Assembly: GCF_009914755.1 (NCBI RefSeq)
Contig: NC_060931.1
Direction: 5' to 3' (one strand)
DNA from: the human T2T-CHM13v2.0 reference genome, Homo sapiens
Length of the DNA stretch: 64,000 nucleotides
Every line of letters starts with the position of its first letter. Position 1 is the first letter of the stretch. Shown one piece after another: positions 29,590 through 43,324 of the stretch. The notes beneath the pieces are model-generated. The model saw only the letters and a list, made by a program, of their open reading frames with translations. It searched no databases and had not been told where the DNA came from. The position numbers were made by a program, and so were the translations under genes.

Positions 29590-29795
29590 AGGTTTTCTAC
29601 TGGTTTCTACAGAGCCCACGGGTTCCAGGGAGGTGCCTAGAGGTCTTCTGAGGATGAAGCAGGAGATTCACGGGGTGGCCAGTGGGCAGGACCCCACACA
29701 CACAGGCTTCGACCAGAGAAGCCTGCTTTCCTCTGTTTTCTGCATTGGGGTTCTCCTAGGATTTGTTAGGGGGAAAAGAGGTTTCTTAAAAGCTT
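29590..29795 (-). mobile_element. MER103C-like hAT element
   Basis: CCTGCTTTCCTCTGTTTTCTGCATTGGGGTTCTCCTAGGATTTG. Confidence 0.5.
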
Positions 29796-30269
29796 AAGGC
29801 CTTGTATATAGCCCTTTGCTCTGTCTCAATAGAATTTATAAAGACAAGATTGATCTCCTTGATAAGTCTTAAGCGAGGAACGTGCCTGAACGGCTAAGTG
29901 CTTGTTGCAGACATTATGAGCCTGTCTGCCGCACATGAATCCAGCTGTGTGTGTGCACATGCAGGTGTGTGTATGTGTGCGGCCCTTCATTATTTGAGGC
30001 CCCTAAAAAATCACGTCGTTGCCAAAATGAGTTCCAGAAATTCATCCAGTAACCAGGGCACATGGGGACCAACAGAAGACTTTGAGCTTAAATAGTCCTG
30101 GACCCCAGATCGTGCAGGCCTTTGACCTCTGTTCGAAGAAATCAAAACTGTGCCATGAAGACAGAACCAGAAACCTAGAGTCGTCCTCTGGACCTCGCTC
30201 CCTCGCTCCCTCCCTCCCTCCCTCCCTCCCATTGTCTAGCAGAGGGATCATCACTCTTCCTCCACGGTG

Positions 30270-30870
30270 GTTCTTGAATACAGTCCTTCCTCCATTCCTC
30301 TTGCCCTAGTTCTAGTCTCATCATTTTGGCCTAAATGACTTGGTATCTTAATTTTTCTGTCTCCAGCGTTTTCTCCTTCACTCAAACGTCCACATGGCCT
30401 CAATATTCCTACTTTTAAAACATCAATACGATGAAGTCACCAAACTTAAAAATAATCTTTAGTTGTTTCTCATTGCCAGAGGATGAAAGTCCAAAGTCCA
30501 ACCCCCTTAGGAAGATATTTAAAACTTTACACAATGTCATTCTAAGTGATTGGTTTTTTGTTTGTTTGTTTGTTTTTTGTTTGTTTGTTTTTTTGTTTTT
30601 TTTTTTTTTTGAGACAGGGTCTCGCTGTGTCACGCAGGCTGGAGGGCAGTTGCAGAATCATAGCTCGCTGCAGCCTCGACCTCCTGGGCTCAAGCGATCC
30701 TCCCACCTCAGCCTCCGAAAGCATGGGGATTACAGGCGTGAGCCACTGCACCCGGCCGCCTTTCTTTCCTTGTAGCTTTTTGATGGCTGTGCATTATTTC
30801 ATGTCCCACTAGACTGAGGCTCAGTGAGGGCCTCTTGCGTTTGAAAGCCTTGTGTCTGGCGCATAAAAGG
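30270..30870 (+). mobile_element. L2 fragment interrupted by FRAM
   Basis: TTTCTCATTGCCAGAGGATGAAAGTCCAAAGTCC; CCCACTAGACTGAGGCTCAGTGAGGGC. Confidence 0.55.
30554..30757 (-). mobile_element. FRAM / AluJ monomer with (TTTG)n tail
   Basis: Single right-arm monomer ending CACCCGGCC. Confidence 0.88.
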
Positions 30871-32444
30871 AGTTCCATGGGTTTGAACTCAGTGCGCGGG
30901 AAGTTGTGCTTTGTTGTTTGATACTGTTGGTTTGTGAGTATCACTGCACGCCAGGCCTCTAACGTTTGCCTCTTTCTACCTCCTCACAACTACTTTACTC
31001 AGTGAGAGCAGTTAGCGCCGTTTCTCAGATGAGGACACTGAGTCTCAGGGAGATTAGGCACCTGGGTTAACTTTATTATTATTTACCATCCTTTGCATCC
31101 CCCATCTTTGAGCACATATTGTGTGCCAGGCTTGTTCTAGGTGCTGGGAACACACTCACTGGAGGCTGAGGGCAAGTGCACGGGCCAGTGTGGGGACCGG
31201 CCCCTCCAGCTCCAGCTCCCAGGAACTACAGCTATGGGCAGAGCCCATGAAGCAAGCGTGGTTAGATCTCTATAAATAGTTACATCTCTGGTGTGGCTCC
31301 TTCCAACTTGTGAAGGACAAGGTAACTCCTCAGCGTGAGTCATTACTGAATTACAGATTAGCTGATGGGGCCTTCTCTGCTACAGAGTGGGCCTGGGCTT
31401 TAAGGCCTGGGACTAGGGGAGGTGGAAGCTTATCCCTTTCTCGCCATAAGCGCTGTCACTCCAGAGCGGTGCTGCGCAAATTGGAAAGGAGATAGGAAGG
31501 TGATGTCCTTTCACCCTTGACCTCCTAGTGTGTCTCCCCCGACCCCCACCCCGCCCCATCTCTGCCAATAGCCCCTGGGGACTATGGCTAAGGGGTCAGG
31601 TGCACCTGAGCCTAAACCTGCCCATCCCTAAGGCTGTTCTGGTAATTCGGGAATGAGGGATGTCCACAACGCGAGGGCTGTGGGTCCGAGAGGCCTTCCC
31701 TGCTGGCCATGGCAGTCCCTAGTGGCTGGTTTTGAGCGAGTGCTATAAGTGCACTGGCAGTGACTCTAGGCCGGCTGCTTTGGGAATAACGTCTGTAAAC
31801 TGACTGACGCCCGGTGGCAACAGAGTTCCTTGAATTTGGTAACTTGGGGGTGGGCTGCGTGGGCTGTGGGGGCTGAAGCCACCTATGACACACACTCATC
31901 ACATTCCACAGAGAATGCAGTGCAGCCCTCTCTGATGATTTATTTGCTCTGTTTTCTGTTTATTGTACGTTATTATCCCTGTGCTTTCGGTACACGTGTC
32001 ACTTACTAAGAACCCACCATGGCTTTGTCCTATCAAGTCGGCCCCGTCTAGCACCTCAGGCCTGTACCACCTGGCTGCGGCTCCCAGCCCTGCCTTCCTC
32101 CCTCTTGATGGTGTGGGAGAATTTCGTGTGTCTCTGTTTTCTTTCCTAAGTTGATAAACGCTGTGGTATCAATTATCATATCTTTCAATAAATAGGTTAG
32201 ATGTTGCTTAATTGTTTAGTTAATTCCTGGCCTACTTTATTTCCTGTGATGCCGCCATGCCAAGCTGCATTAGTTGTACAGTTCCATTGAAGCCTTTCCC
32301 TTCTCTTGTTTCCTCCCAAAGTTCAAAATAAGTAACAATGGTGATGACAAATGCTAACACTCATTTAGCACTTTCTGGAGATGCCGGAGAAAAGTATGCA
32401 TTCTGCTGTTGTTTTGTTGCGAATTCTCCCACTTACTCCTAAGT

Positions 32445-32880
32445 TGAGTTCTGAGTTTGGATGGTCTCAGAGGCATCCCGTGAAAAAAGGATTTCAGTGC
32501 AAGGGGTTTATCGAGGAGGTGATCCTAGGAGGCGGTGCCGTGCCACAGGGAAGGGAAGGCAGCAGATCGGAGGTTATCAGGCATGGTGGCCCCGCAGAGA
32601 CCTGCAGCTCAGCCCCTCAGGAACAAAGGGAGGTGGTGCAAAACACGGACTGTACAGTTATCCTACGTCAGGGATGAAGGATGGATCTGGGCCTTCTACA
32701 GCAACTCCCAGCAGTCACCTTTGTTCAGTGCTGCACATCGGGGATTCTAATTCTCTGGAACATCTGGTCATTGTGGAAGAAAGCAGAGTGGACTCCAGCC
32801 ACCAGAGAGAGAAAGCTGTTAGGCAAAGAGATAGAGATGCCGGACATAGGAAGTCGGCCAGCATGCGCTGTACGGCTGTA
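32445..32880 (-). mobile_element. LTR16-like ERVL LTR
   Basis: AAGGATTTCAGTGCAAGGGGTTTATCGAGGAGGTGATCCTAGGAGG. Confidence 0.55.
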
Positions 32881-33145
32881 GAGGACACAGGCAGCAGCAG
32901 CACGGCTGCACCAGACCATCGGGGTATTTTTACTTTACAGATAATGAAGCTGAGTCTTAGAGGACTAAGTAGCTTGCCTCCAGTAACACTTGGAAGTCTT
33001 TTGTGTTCTTTACTCTCTGAAAAATTCTGACAATACAAATATTTAACTTTCAGTTGAGTTCACCAGTTGTTCAGTGAGCTTGGTTTCTGCCTATATTTGG
33101 GTTGGGTATATTTTCCACTTGACCCTGCCTCAAAAGTTGGCTTTT

Positions 33146-33432
33146 GGCCAGACATGGTGGTAACACCTGTAGTCCCAGCATTTTGGGAGGCTGGGGCAAG
33201 AGGATTACTTAAAGCTACAAATTCGACACCAGCCTGAGAAACAAAGCAAGGACCTGTCTCTACAAAAAATATTAAAAATTAGCTAAGCATGGTGGTATGA
33301 TCCTGTAGTCTCAACTACTTGGGAGGCTAAGGCAAGAGGATCACTTGAGCCCAGGAGTTTGAGGTTGCAGTGAGCTGTAATCACACTACTGCACACCAAC
33401 CTGGGCAAGAGAATGAGATCTCAATTTAAAAA
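33146..33432 (+). mobile_element. AluJ
   Basis: Diverged dimer, GGATCACTTGAGCCCAGGAGTTTGAGG; TSD AAAAGTTGGCT/AAAACTTGGCT. Confidence 0.92.
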
Positions 33433-33564
33433 ACTTGGCTCTTGAAGTGCCAAGCCTCCTTGCATCCATGAAACATTATGTTGCAGCCTACTCTGAAGAG
33501 AAACCAATGAGGCTACGTTAATATTTTTTTTGAATGATATATTTTTAATTCAGACTTGGAGTAA

Positions 33565-33900
33565 TTGATGGGCTAGGTTATGCCGCTGTTGCAAACAACT
33601 CGGTAATCTCAGTGGTTTGACACAGCCTGGGTTCATTTCTCACCTATACAGCGTCCACAGCAGGTCCATGTGGGTACTCAGGGGTCCAGGCTGCTTTGAT
33701 CTTGTGGCTCCCCTATCTGAAGCTCAGCAGTAGCCCTGGCAAATCACAAGGATGACTGGAGACTTGTGCTTGGACCTTTCACTAATTCACTCCAGAAATG
33801 ATAATGACATTTCTATTTCCATGTCATTAGCCAAAAAAAATGGCCCCAACTAATTACATGAAAGCTGACAAGTACAATCTTCCTTGTGCCTCGAACAGGC
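33565..33900 (-). mobile_element. MLT1J/K-like LTR
   Basis: GCTAGGTTATGCCGCTGTTGCAAACAAC...AATCTCAGTGGTTTGACAC. Confidence 0.55.
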
Positions 33901-35719
33901 AGGGGAGGAACCGTGGAGTATTAGTGAACATGGAAAGCATGTTTCCCAGTAGAGAAGTAATAATAATTGAGCAATCATGATCAAGGCCCGCCTAGGGCAT
34001 TTCCTGGGGATTTCTGAAAGGCTGGAAGAATTTTGCCTTGGGCTGTAAATGTCAATTGCTCATTAATTCCTCAGAAATGCCCACAGCCAAGGTTGCTATT
34101 GCTAATAAAATTCATTTGTTTGGTTATTTAACAAAACAAAAAAAGCATGTTGTCATTTTCCCCTGGCCTGATGATTCCTGAAGCAGATGATTATTCTCTG
34201 TGTTCTACATCATATGAGTTTGTATCATCTTTTTCTTTTCTACCTCTCCAAGTGGGTGGGGAGTAAATCTCATTGGCCTGAAATATCATCACGGGCAGTA
34301 CTCAGCCATTGTTCTCACAGCTGTTTTGAAATATAAATAACAAAAAAATGCATTTTAACGTTAATTTCAATATTTCTTTCCGCCTTAGCAACTGACGTAA
34401 GATTTGCTGGTATTGGGTTTTCTGCAAATTTTTATTCAAATGTGTTGTCTTGTATTTCTTTTGTCTGTCTGACTGTTTTACAGAAAAAGTGACCACTATG
34501 TAGTTCTTGTCACCTTAACAATAAAGGTGCTTTTCAAGTGGTCTATATTTCTTTTAAATATGTTTCAGTCAAAAGGAGACCAAAAGAGTTAGTAAAGAAT
34601 TGGGTCAGCCTTACTGAAACAAATGGTTGAAGTTTGACTTCTCTCATCAGTGAATGATAGATGCCGCACCTTCTGCCTGGCTGGCACAGACTCCATTTGA
34701 TGTAGGAGGAACTCATACCCTTGTAGCTTTTCCCACGTTGTTGTGAAAACTGCGGAAATAATTCCTTGTTCCATGTGAGAACGAGTCATCACTTAACTTG
34801 ATGCTGTTTTCATCATATTGTCCCATCCCACAGTCTGGCCCACAGCCTGGCCCACAGCATCGGGGTGGAACCAGAAATGGCTCCTGCGGAGAGCAAAGCA
34901 GGACATGAACCGTACCCCGCCTCTGCAAGGCTTATGCTGTTATTAGTCCTGATGTACAGAGTGGATTCACAGAGGCCCTTGAGGACCAAAAGAGAAAATA
35001 TATTCAGTAAATCAATGGTGATGCGTTAATAGACTGCTGCTGTATTTGTTGTTCACAGAATGTAATTCCTTGATAATGGCATTTTCTACAGTATATCATC
35101 ACAGAACAATAGCAATATCACCACAACAGGAGTGACTTTGATAAATTATACAAGAATAGGATCTTATAATTTAGTACAGATCTAATTTAGGTTAAAAGTA
35201 TTGGTGGAGAAGGAGATTTCATTTTTAACATTGTTCAGAGGTACAAAAAATCCTGGGAGAAAAAATTCAGACATATTGTGAGAAGCCAATGCACATATTA
35301 AGTTATTGGTGCAGATTTCGCAAGGTTTTCACATCTTTTGACTCATTCTCGTATTCTATATGTTATGCTATATGTTATTTTAATGTTTCATTTTACTAGA
35401 AGTTAATCTATGTGTCTAAAAATTGCAAGAGTGTTAAAAAGGAACTATGGCTCTTTATTATTTTAAAAGTGGAGATCTAGGAATAGCATAATTTTGTTGC
35501 TATTGAGTTTTTAACTAGATGTGTTGATATTCCTTGATAATGTTTCAAGGATCCTGACATAATCAACCGTGGCTCTTGCTTCCTCTGGGACCTTGAAGCT
35601 CAAAAACCCAGTAGCAGCTCTTAGCACTCTTAAGGCTGATAAAAATTGAGACTGAAAGTGATATCTAATCAATGCCTCTGAGATTCAATCAAATATTAAG
35701 ATCCTTGAGGCCATCACAC

Positions 35720-36525
<806 letters not shown>

Positions 36526-36744
36526 GTGGTCAGTATTGGCTCAACATTTCCTAAATGCTCAAATCAGACAGAGCCTTGGGAGACCGTCTGTCCCTCATTT
36601 TACAGATGGATTTCAGACATGGCCCTAGCTCAGAGTCCTGCAGACAGTTGGTAGCTGAGCAGGGACTAGAACTCTGTCCTCTTGATTCCAGATACAGTGC
36701 TCTTTTCACCTGTGGCCTTTCTAGTCTAGAGAATTACTCTGCAG

Positions 36745-37035
36745 ACCTGCACTGCATGGTAGGCGCTAGCCACATGGAGTTGTTGAGCACTTACAATGTG
36801 GTACAATCCAAATTGATACGTGCTATGTGTGAAATACACAGCAGATTGCGAAGACTTTGTGCCGGGAAAAATGTCAATGATCTCACATTTATGTTTTTAT
36901 GTTGATTGCATGTTGAAATTGTAGATGTGTTGGGTGAGATAAACAACATCATTAAGCTTGTTTTTTACCTTTTTCTTTGTACTTTATTCAACATGGCTGT
37001 CAGAAAAATTAAAGTTGCATGTGTAACATGGACTA
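36745..37035. mobile_element. MER33 (hAT-Charlie)
   Basis: GCTAGCCACATGG...TTGAGCACTT...AAATACACAGCAGATTGCGAAGACTT...TTGCATGTTGAAAT. Confidence 0.75.
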
Positions 37036-37170
37036 TGCACACGTTGAACCAAGCTGCTGTATGCAATTATAAGAAAAGATAACACTTGAGTCTCTATGGG
37101 TAACATTGGGCCTGTGGTTATTGTGCTGGGATATTGTATTTGTTTTTGCTGTGGTTAAAAAAAAAAAAAA

Positions 37171-37447
37171 GTAGCGGGTGTGGTAGCTCGTGCCTGTAAT
37201 CCCAGCACTTTGGGAGGCTGAGGCAGTCGGATCACCTGAGGTCAGGAGTTCGAGACGAGCCTGGGCAACATGGTGAAACCCTGTCTCTACTAAAAATACA
37301 AAAATTAGCCAGGTGTTGTGGTGGGTGCCTGTAGTCCCACTTACTTGGGAGGTTGAGGCAGGAGAATCGCTTGAACCCAGGAGGGGGAGGTTGCAGTGAG
37401 CCGAAAGCACTCCAGCCTGGGTGATATAGCTAGAATCCATCTCAAAA
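37171..37447 (+). mobile_element. AluSx-like
   Basis: GGATCACCTGAGGTCAGGAGTTCGAGAC; deletion in right arm. Confidence 0.93.
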
Positions 37448-38559
37448 CACCATTTATTTTTCACTATGGGTCTACCAGTTGGCTGTGGCTTCACTGGGCC
37501 CAACCAGGCCAGCCTAACCTTAGCTGGGCTCTATGTGTTTTACATTTTGGGACCCAGGCTCTGGTGGAGCCATCACTGTCTAGAGCACATCCTTCAAGCA
37601 CCGGAATAGAACTGGAAACACAGTAGAGACTCAAAGACAGGATAAGCCCAGTGGTACTTCCACTGGGAAAGAGGATGGGGGAGGCCCCACAGTCCACAGC
37701 AGTCCTAGTGTCCTGCTGGGCAAATATTTCAAGGACCCGTAGGCTGGGAGTAGGGGGTGTCGATTGGGCCTCAGTCGTGCTCCCGGGGAGGACTTTCCAG
37801 GCCGTGGTTTTCGTGGCTCTGAATCTGCCCTCTGCCAGGTGCACTCTTCTGTCATCCTCCATGGCTACCTCTGAGGAAGGTGCTGGAAGACATGCTCTCC
37901 TTCATGGCTGAGCAGATTTCTTAACCTGCTTCCTGCCCATAGGAAGGATGAATGCCGAGGATCGTTTTAGATCTCAAATGCCACGGTCTATGTTAATCCA
38001 GCCGAAAGTGTAGTTATCGATTTGTCCCTTTTGAAGCTGTCCTGTTTGTTTTTAATCTCTTTGATTCCGGTCAACCCCGTGTGCCTACAGTCATTTTTCG
38101 TGCATGTCCTCCTTTCTCTAAACTCAATTCCAAGTACACTGAGCACATCATGCTTCCAACAGGCCAAATTCTGGGTCTCTTTCTCTAGGCCATTTTGTGC
38201 AGTTGAAAGATTTCATTGGGGACCTTGATAATCCAACTAAAGGTTTCGGCGCAAGAGCCAATGATTGCATCTTTGATTTGGTCTTTACCCGTAGGCTGTG
38301 CTTTCACGGCCAACCTTAATTTGGTGAGAAATTGCTTCACTTTAAAATCCTGAAAATGTTGTATTTTCTCTCTTCCCTTTCAATTGTATTTGCAAAGCAG
38401 TGAGTTTTTTGGGAGGAGGCAAGGTGCATTTTTTTTTCCTTATAGCACGGTGTCAAAGGCATTCTATAACACCAGTTCACACAGGCAAGATTCTGTTTTG
38501 AAAACAAGTTTAGTTAGGCCAATTTTCTAAGTTATCATAGGTTATTTCTTTTTTCTTTT

Positions 38560-39110
38560 TCTTTTTTTGCCGGGTGTTTTAACACTGCATATCTTGGGTT
38601 GCCATTTTTCCAACTTCCTTTAACAACTTTCCAGCTTGCCATCACCTAAACCCAAAACCAATGACCCATATTTCAGGTTTTTGTAATGGCAGCCCTACTT
38701 CTGTGTACCAATTTCTGTATTAGCTTTTGCTGCAGTAACTAGCAATTCTCAAATCTCCATGGCTTCCAACAACAAACACTTATTTTTCACTTAAGAATCC
38801 TGCGAGTCAGCTGCAGCTCTGCCGAGCTTGGCTGTGTTCTCCACGTCTCCTCATGCCAGGCTGAGGCTGAATGAGCAGCTGCCATCTGGGCCCTGCTCTT
38901 CTCATGCTGGAGGGCAGGAGCTCCGGAGGGGAAGCGGGAACCCCCAGGATCTCATAAAGCCTCTGCTGGGACCTGGCAGCCGTCCCCTCCTCCCACAAGT
39001 CATATGGCAAGCCCAAGGTTAATGGGGTGAGCCTGTACCCTTCACCTCCTGGCAAGTCACGATGAGGAGAGGGCAGAGACAAATCATTTTGAACAAGTGA
39101 TACAGTCTCT
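38560..39110 (-). mobile_element. MLT1 LTR with adjoining MLT1-int 5' end
   Basis: Junction GCCCTACTTCTGTGTACCAATTTC/TGTATTAG, the reverse of the MaLR LTR-internal boundary. Confidence 0.65.
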
Positions 39111-39499
39111 CACAGGCATAGATTCCAAAAAGAAACCCAGGAGAGAGTCACCATGCCTCAAATCAAGAACAGCCATATTGCATTTCTATCAAGGCAGAAG
39201 CACAGGTGTGACAGTGTGACAATGAACCCTGAGACCGGAGGCCCTCCAGTCCAGGTGGACATCCAGCTATGCAGCCAGCTCAGTGCAGCCGAAAGAACCT
39301 GGGAGGCAGTCCGGAAAGCTGAGTTCCTCTTACCCGTATCCCTGCAGCAAGCCACTTTCCCTCTGTGGATCTCAAGTTCCTCTTCAATATTAACCAAGAG
39401 TTAAGCAGAATCGTGGGTTGCTTTCGAGGATGCCGTTCTGATCTCTGCCAGCGCACTTCACATGGCAGGGAACAGGCTGCCTTCCCAGGAGGCCGAGCT

Positions 39500-39985
39500 G
39501 CAGTAGAAGGAGCATGAGTTTAGGAATCAGGCCAATTTGAGCGGGAAGCCCAGGCAGCCGTTTACCAGGTGTGGGTCCATCATATACCCTCTGACTCTGT
39601 TTCCTCATCTGTGAAGTGAACATCACAGCATCTAACTCTCAGGGCTGTGGGTAGGATAATTATTTTATACAGTGCCTTTTGCTAGGAAATTTTTTGTTGT
39701 GTTGAGTCAAAATCTGATCCCTTAACCAGTGAACTCCGGCCCCGGTTCTGCCTCTGCCTGGGGCAGCAAAACAGTGATTAGGAATATGGGCACGGGGGTC
39801 ATCCCACCTGGGTCTGAATCGCACTGTCTGCTCCTGGTCAGGATGGCCGGGGGGAGGATCCTTAATGCCCCCGCGGTTGGCTTGCTATGCTTATCTGTAA
39901 ATGAGCTACTGATAATATCAACTTCATAGTTTTGTTGTGGGGATAAATGAGCCGGTGCATGCAAACTCAAGTAGCTGTTATTATT
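39500..39985 (+). mobile_element. Two MIR copies
   Basis: CTCTGACTCTGTTTCCTCATCTGTGAAGTG; CTTATCTGTAAATG...GTTGTGGGGATAAATGAG. Confidence 0.65.
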
Positions 39986-41203
39986 TCAGTTGGCAGCTCC
40001 TCAGGTACCTGAGCCTGCTTTCCATACCTTCTGGGTCATCCCGTATTTCTTCAGGGTAAGCAACCTCACATTTCTCCAGCATTCTGTAGATGTCAAGCTT
40101 TCTGCAATCCTCCCCCGTCTAGCTGTCCTCTTGAGAATCTCCTTCAGGAGCTCTGGTTAAGAGATAAAGAAACAGTGAGGGCATTCGAGTTCATTATCCC
40201 AGCCACGATGGCATTCTAGATGTCTCCACAGACATTCAGGATCTGCCCAGGGTCCCACATCTGTCTCTTCTCCACATCTTACCCTGCCTTCTCCAGGTGA
40301 TGGTGATTTCGTGATCCCAGTCACCTGCCCCCACCCTCACCTTATCTGACCCTGGCTCCTGGGCCACCCACTTGCCACTTGGAATATTTATTGTCTAACT
40401 GATTTTCCAGTATTAAGGATTTTACAGGTTTACACTGGAATTAGAAGTTCATCTGAACTGCCTGTGATGTCCCTGCTGGTTTCCCAATGGCCAGGCACTG
40501 CAGAGATGTATAAGATACGAGAATACAGTCACCTAAAGACATGGGAAGTTTTGTAAGCAATGTCTCCCGAGATTCCCCATTCTAAATATGGCAAGGAGTG
40601 TTTTAAGTACTTCATGCTTGAAGCTTTTCATGCATTTCCATCGTTGCAGTTGGACCAGTTTTAAAATATATATATCATAAATAATCTTCAGAACATTTTA
40701 ATGTACTACCGATGGTATTAAAAGTCAAAGCTTTCACAAAATTTAATTTACTTCTCCCTGTAACTTAAGAACAGTTTTAAAATGTGCATGGCTCCTGCTA
40801 AATTTAACAGCTTCCCCTTTTGCCTTCTCGACTGGAGGCTGCAACAACCTGAGCCAGGAGGTCTGGCGACTACAATGTTTGAGTGAAGCTGTGAGATCCA
40901 TGCCTGTACTGGAAGCTCCTGACAGCCTCTGCAGGGCCTTGGTGCCAGGCTCCGGGGGTGGTGGGGGAGTGGGCTTTCCTTCTTAGAAAGCCTCTAGGCT
41001 TTGCAGGTTCAGGAAGAAGCTCACCAGCTGGGTCCAGCCACTGAAAGGAACCCTGAGCCTCAGTTTGCAGCCCAGAGATGCTCCGGGGTCTCGCCCAGTG
41101 CATATTCCTGGAGAGCTACAACATCAGGGCATCAGATCCACAGAAGATACATGTGCTTCACTATACACCAGGTGTGTATTGAAACTAAAGCAGAGTAATA
41201 CTA

Positions 41204-41492
41204 TTTTTTCTTTTTTTTTTTTTTTTTTGAGACGGAGTCTCACTCTGTCCCCCCGGTTGGAGTGCAGTGATGCAATCTCGGTTCACTGCAACCTCTGCCT
41301 CCCAAGTTTAAGCGATTTGTACTTCAGCCTCCCGAGTAGCTGGTGGCACGTGCCACCATGCCTGGCTAATTTTTTGTGTCTTTTAGTAGAGAAGGGGTTT
41401 CACCATGTCGGCCAACTCCTGACCTCAGGTGATCTGCCTGCTTTGGCCTCCTGAAGTGCTGGGATTACAGGTGTGAGCCACTGAGCCCTGCC
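41204..41492 (-). mobile_element. AluS with several internal deletions
   Basis: Dimer; lacks GATTACA after TAGCTGG and GGCTGGTCTCG after GGCCA. Confidence 0.92.
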
Positions 41493-41819
41493 AAGACTCT
41501 CATTTCCTAACTCTTGATTACCAGCGTGTCTCTAATGTACATTTTACTGATTCATTCCTCTAAAAATATTGTTGCTTTTACTCAATATGGTAAAAGTTTC
41601 TATTATAGGGTAAGAAGAATAGCACAAAATATTCACCAGGCATGGAGGATATCATTGCAGTTCAAGAAAGAAATCATAAGTAGTAATTAAGGGGCTTGGT
41701 ACCCATAGAGTCATCTCATCATCACTGTAATAAATCATTCTTATATTTATTTATTGGAGCCTGAGGATGTTAAACCCTTACTTTTGTATGACCATTCATA
41801 GCTTATTGGTGCTTTCATC

Positions 41820-42140
41820 TTTATAGAAACACATTAGAGTCTGGCTGCCTCAGGGCCCATTCCCTAGTCACTTCCAGCCAGACATCCATGTATCAAAGCT
41901 CTAGCCAATCAACATGTAGTGGACATCTGCTAAGTAGGGCTTCCAAGGATGTTTTCTGTTTAGAATAAAAAGGGGGAAATGTGGCTAGCCACATTTGACC
42001 ACTATCCCTTCTTCTGGAACATGGATGTAAAGCTGGAGACAGTGTAGCCATCTCGTGACCACGAAGCAGTGATGAGGAAGACAAGAAGCAACTCACGGAA
42101 GGACCCATGCCCCCTTTCTCTTTCCACTCCGCTGTCCTGA
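41820..42140 (+). mobile_element. ERVL LTR fragment (LTR33-like)
   Basis: GGAACATGGATGTAAAGCTGGAGACAGTGTAGCCATCTCGTGACC. Confidence 0.5.
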
Positions 42141-42159
42141 GGCTTCTTCTTCTTCCTCT

Positions 42160-43310
42160 TCTTTTCAAGTTGCGTAAAGTGGATACTTAGATCCCTGAAG
42201 TCAGACCTTTCTTCTTTTCTAGTGTAAGTGCTTGATGCCATCAGTATCCCCAGGCACTGCTTTAGGCTCATCTCCCCATTTTTATGTTGGGTCTTCATTT
42301 TCTTTCATGACAAAATATCTTCTAATTCCCTTTGCATTTTCTCCTTTCACCCATGGATTATTTATAAGTGTGTTGTTAAGTTCTAACTCTTTGGCGATTT
42401 TCCAGATAACTTTCTGTTACTGATTTCTGATTTAATTCTGCGGTGGCCAGAAAACATACTCTGCATGATTTCAATCCTTTTAAATTTATTGAGATTTGTT
42501 TTATGGCCCAGAATATCTTGGCATATGTTCTGTGTGCACTTAAAAAGAATTTGTATTTTGCTGTTGTTGGGTGGAGTGTTCTGTAAATATCAATTAGGTC
42601 AAGCTGGTTGATAGTCCCGTTCAAGTCTTCTGTTTACTGATTTTCTAAGTTTTAAAGACATTTTAAAAAATGAAAAACGAAATGTTTATATATTTACTCA
42701 CATATTGACCATTTCTGCTGTTCTTTATCCCCTGTGTACATTCAGCTTTTGGTTTGGCATCTTCCTTCTCCCTGAAGGCATGTCCTTAATACTTCTTGAA
42801 GTGCTGGCCTGATGGTTTAAATTCCACCCAGTGCCCTATGCATGAGCGCTGGTAGGAGCACACCCTCTTCCTGGCCTTGTGTGGGCTGTCAGGATTATGT
42901 TGCCTCCTCCTGTTATTTCCTGGCCTTGGTAGTTTCCTTACCTGTATGCACAGATCAACACTCAGCAAAAGACCCTGAAGCTCTGTCTGCCACAGCTGCC
43001 TCTTCTGTGGCATTTTTCTCCACTAGCTTTAGCCTCCTGGGCCTCCGCAGACTCTAAACTCTGGCTTGTTAACTCAGCAAGCCCACTGGGATCTGTCTGG
43101 CTTCCCTCAGCCTGGATTGGGAACTCTTTCAAGGCAGCGAGCTGGACACTCTTTTGTTTTCCTTCACCCAGGAATCACTGTCCCGTGCTGCCGGTGGTCC
43201 AGTGTCAGAAATCGCTGCTTCACATATTTTGTCTGGTTTTCAAGCTGTTTAAGGTGGGGGAATAAATCTGATTCCTGTTACTGTATCATGGCTGAAAGCA
43301 AAAGTCCTCT
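42160..43310 (-). mobile_element. L1M remnant incl. degenerate ORF2 endonuclease segment and 5' UTR
   Basis: ORF 42376-42624 translates to INQLDLIDIYRTLHPTTAKYKFFLSAH, the L1 ORF2p EN motif. Confidence 0.85.
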
Positions 43311-43324
43311 TCACCTACTTAAAA

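Noticed and set aside
29911-29964. 54-nt exon-like segment with CAG/GTGTGT donor
   Set aside because: Donor arises from a TG-rich low-complexity run; no further support
32461-33030. Longest ORF in the track (189 aa)
   Set aside because: Runs through an LTR16-like remnant and a MIR piece; low-information Ser/Gly/Arg-rich peptide
42376-42624. ORF with clear L1 ORF2p endonuclease similarity
   Set aside because: Degenerate fragment of an old L1 with deletions and frameshifts; not an independent gene
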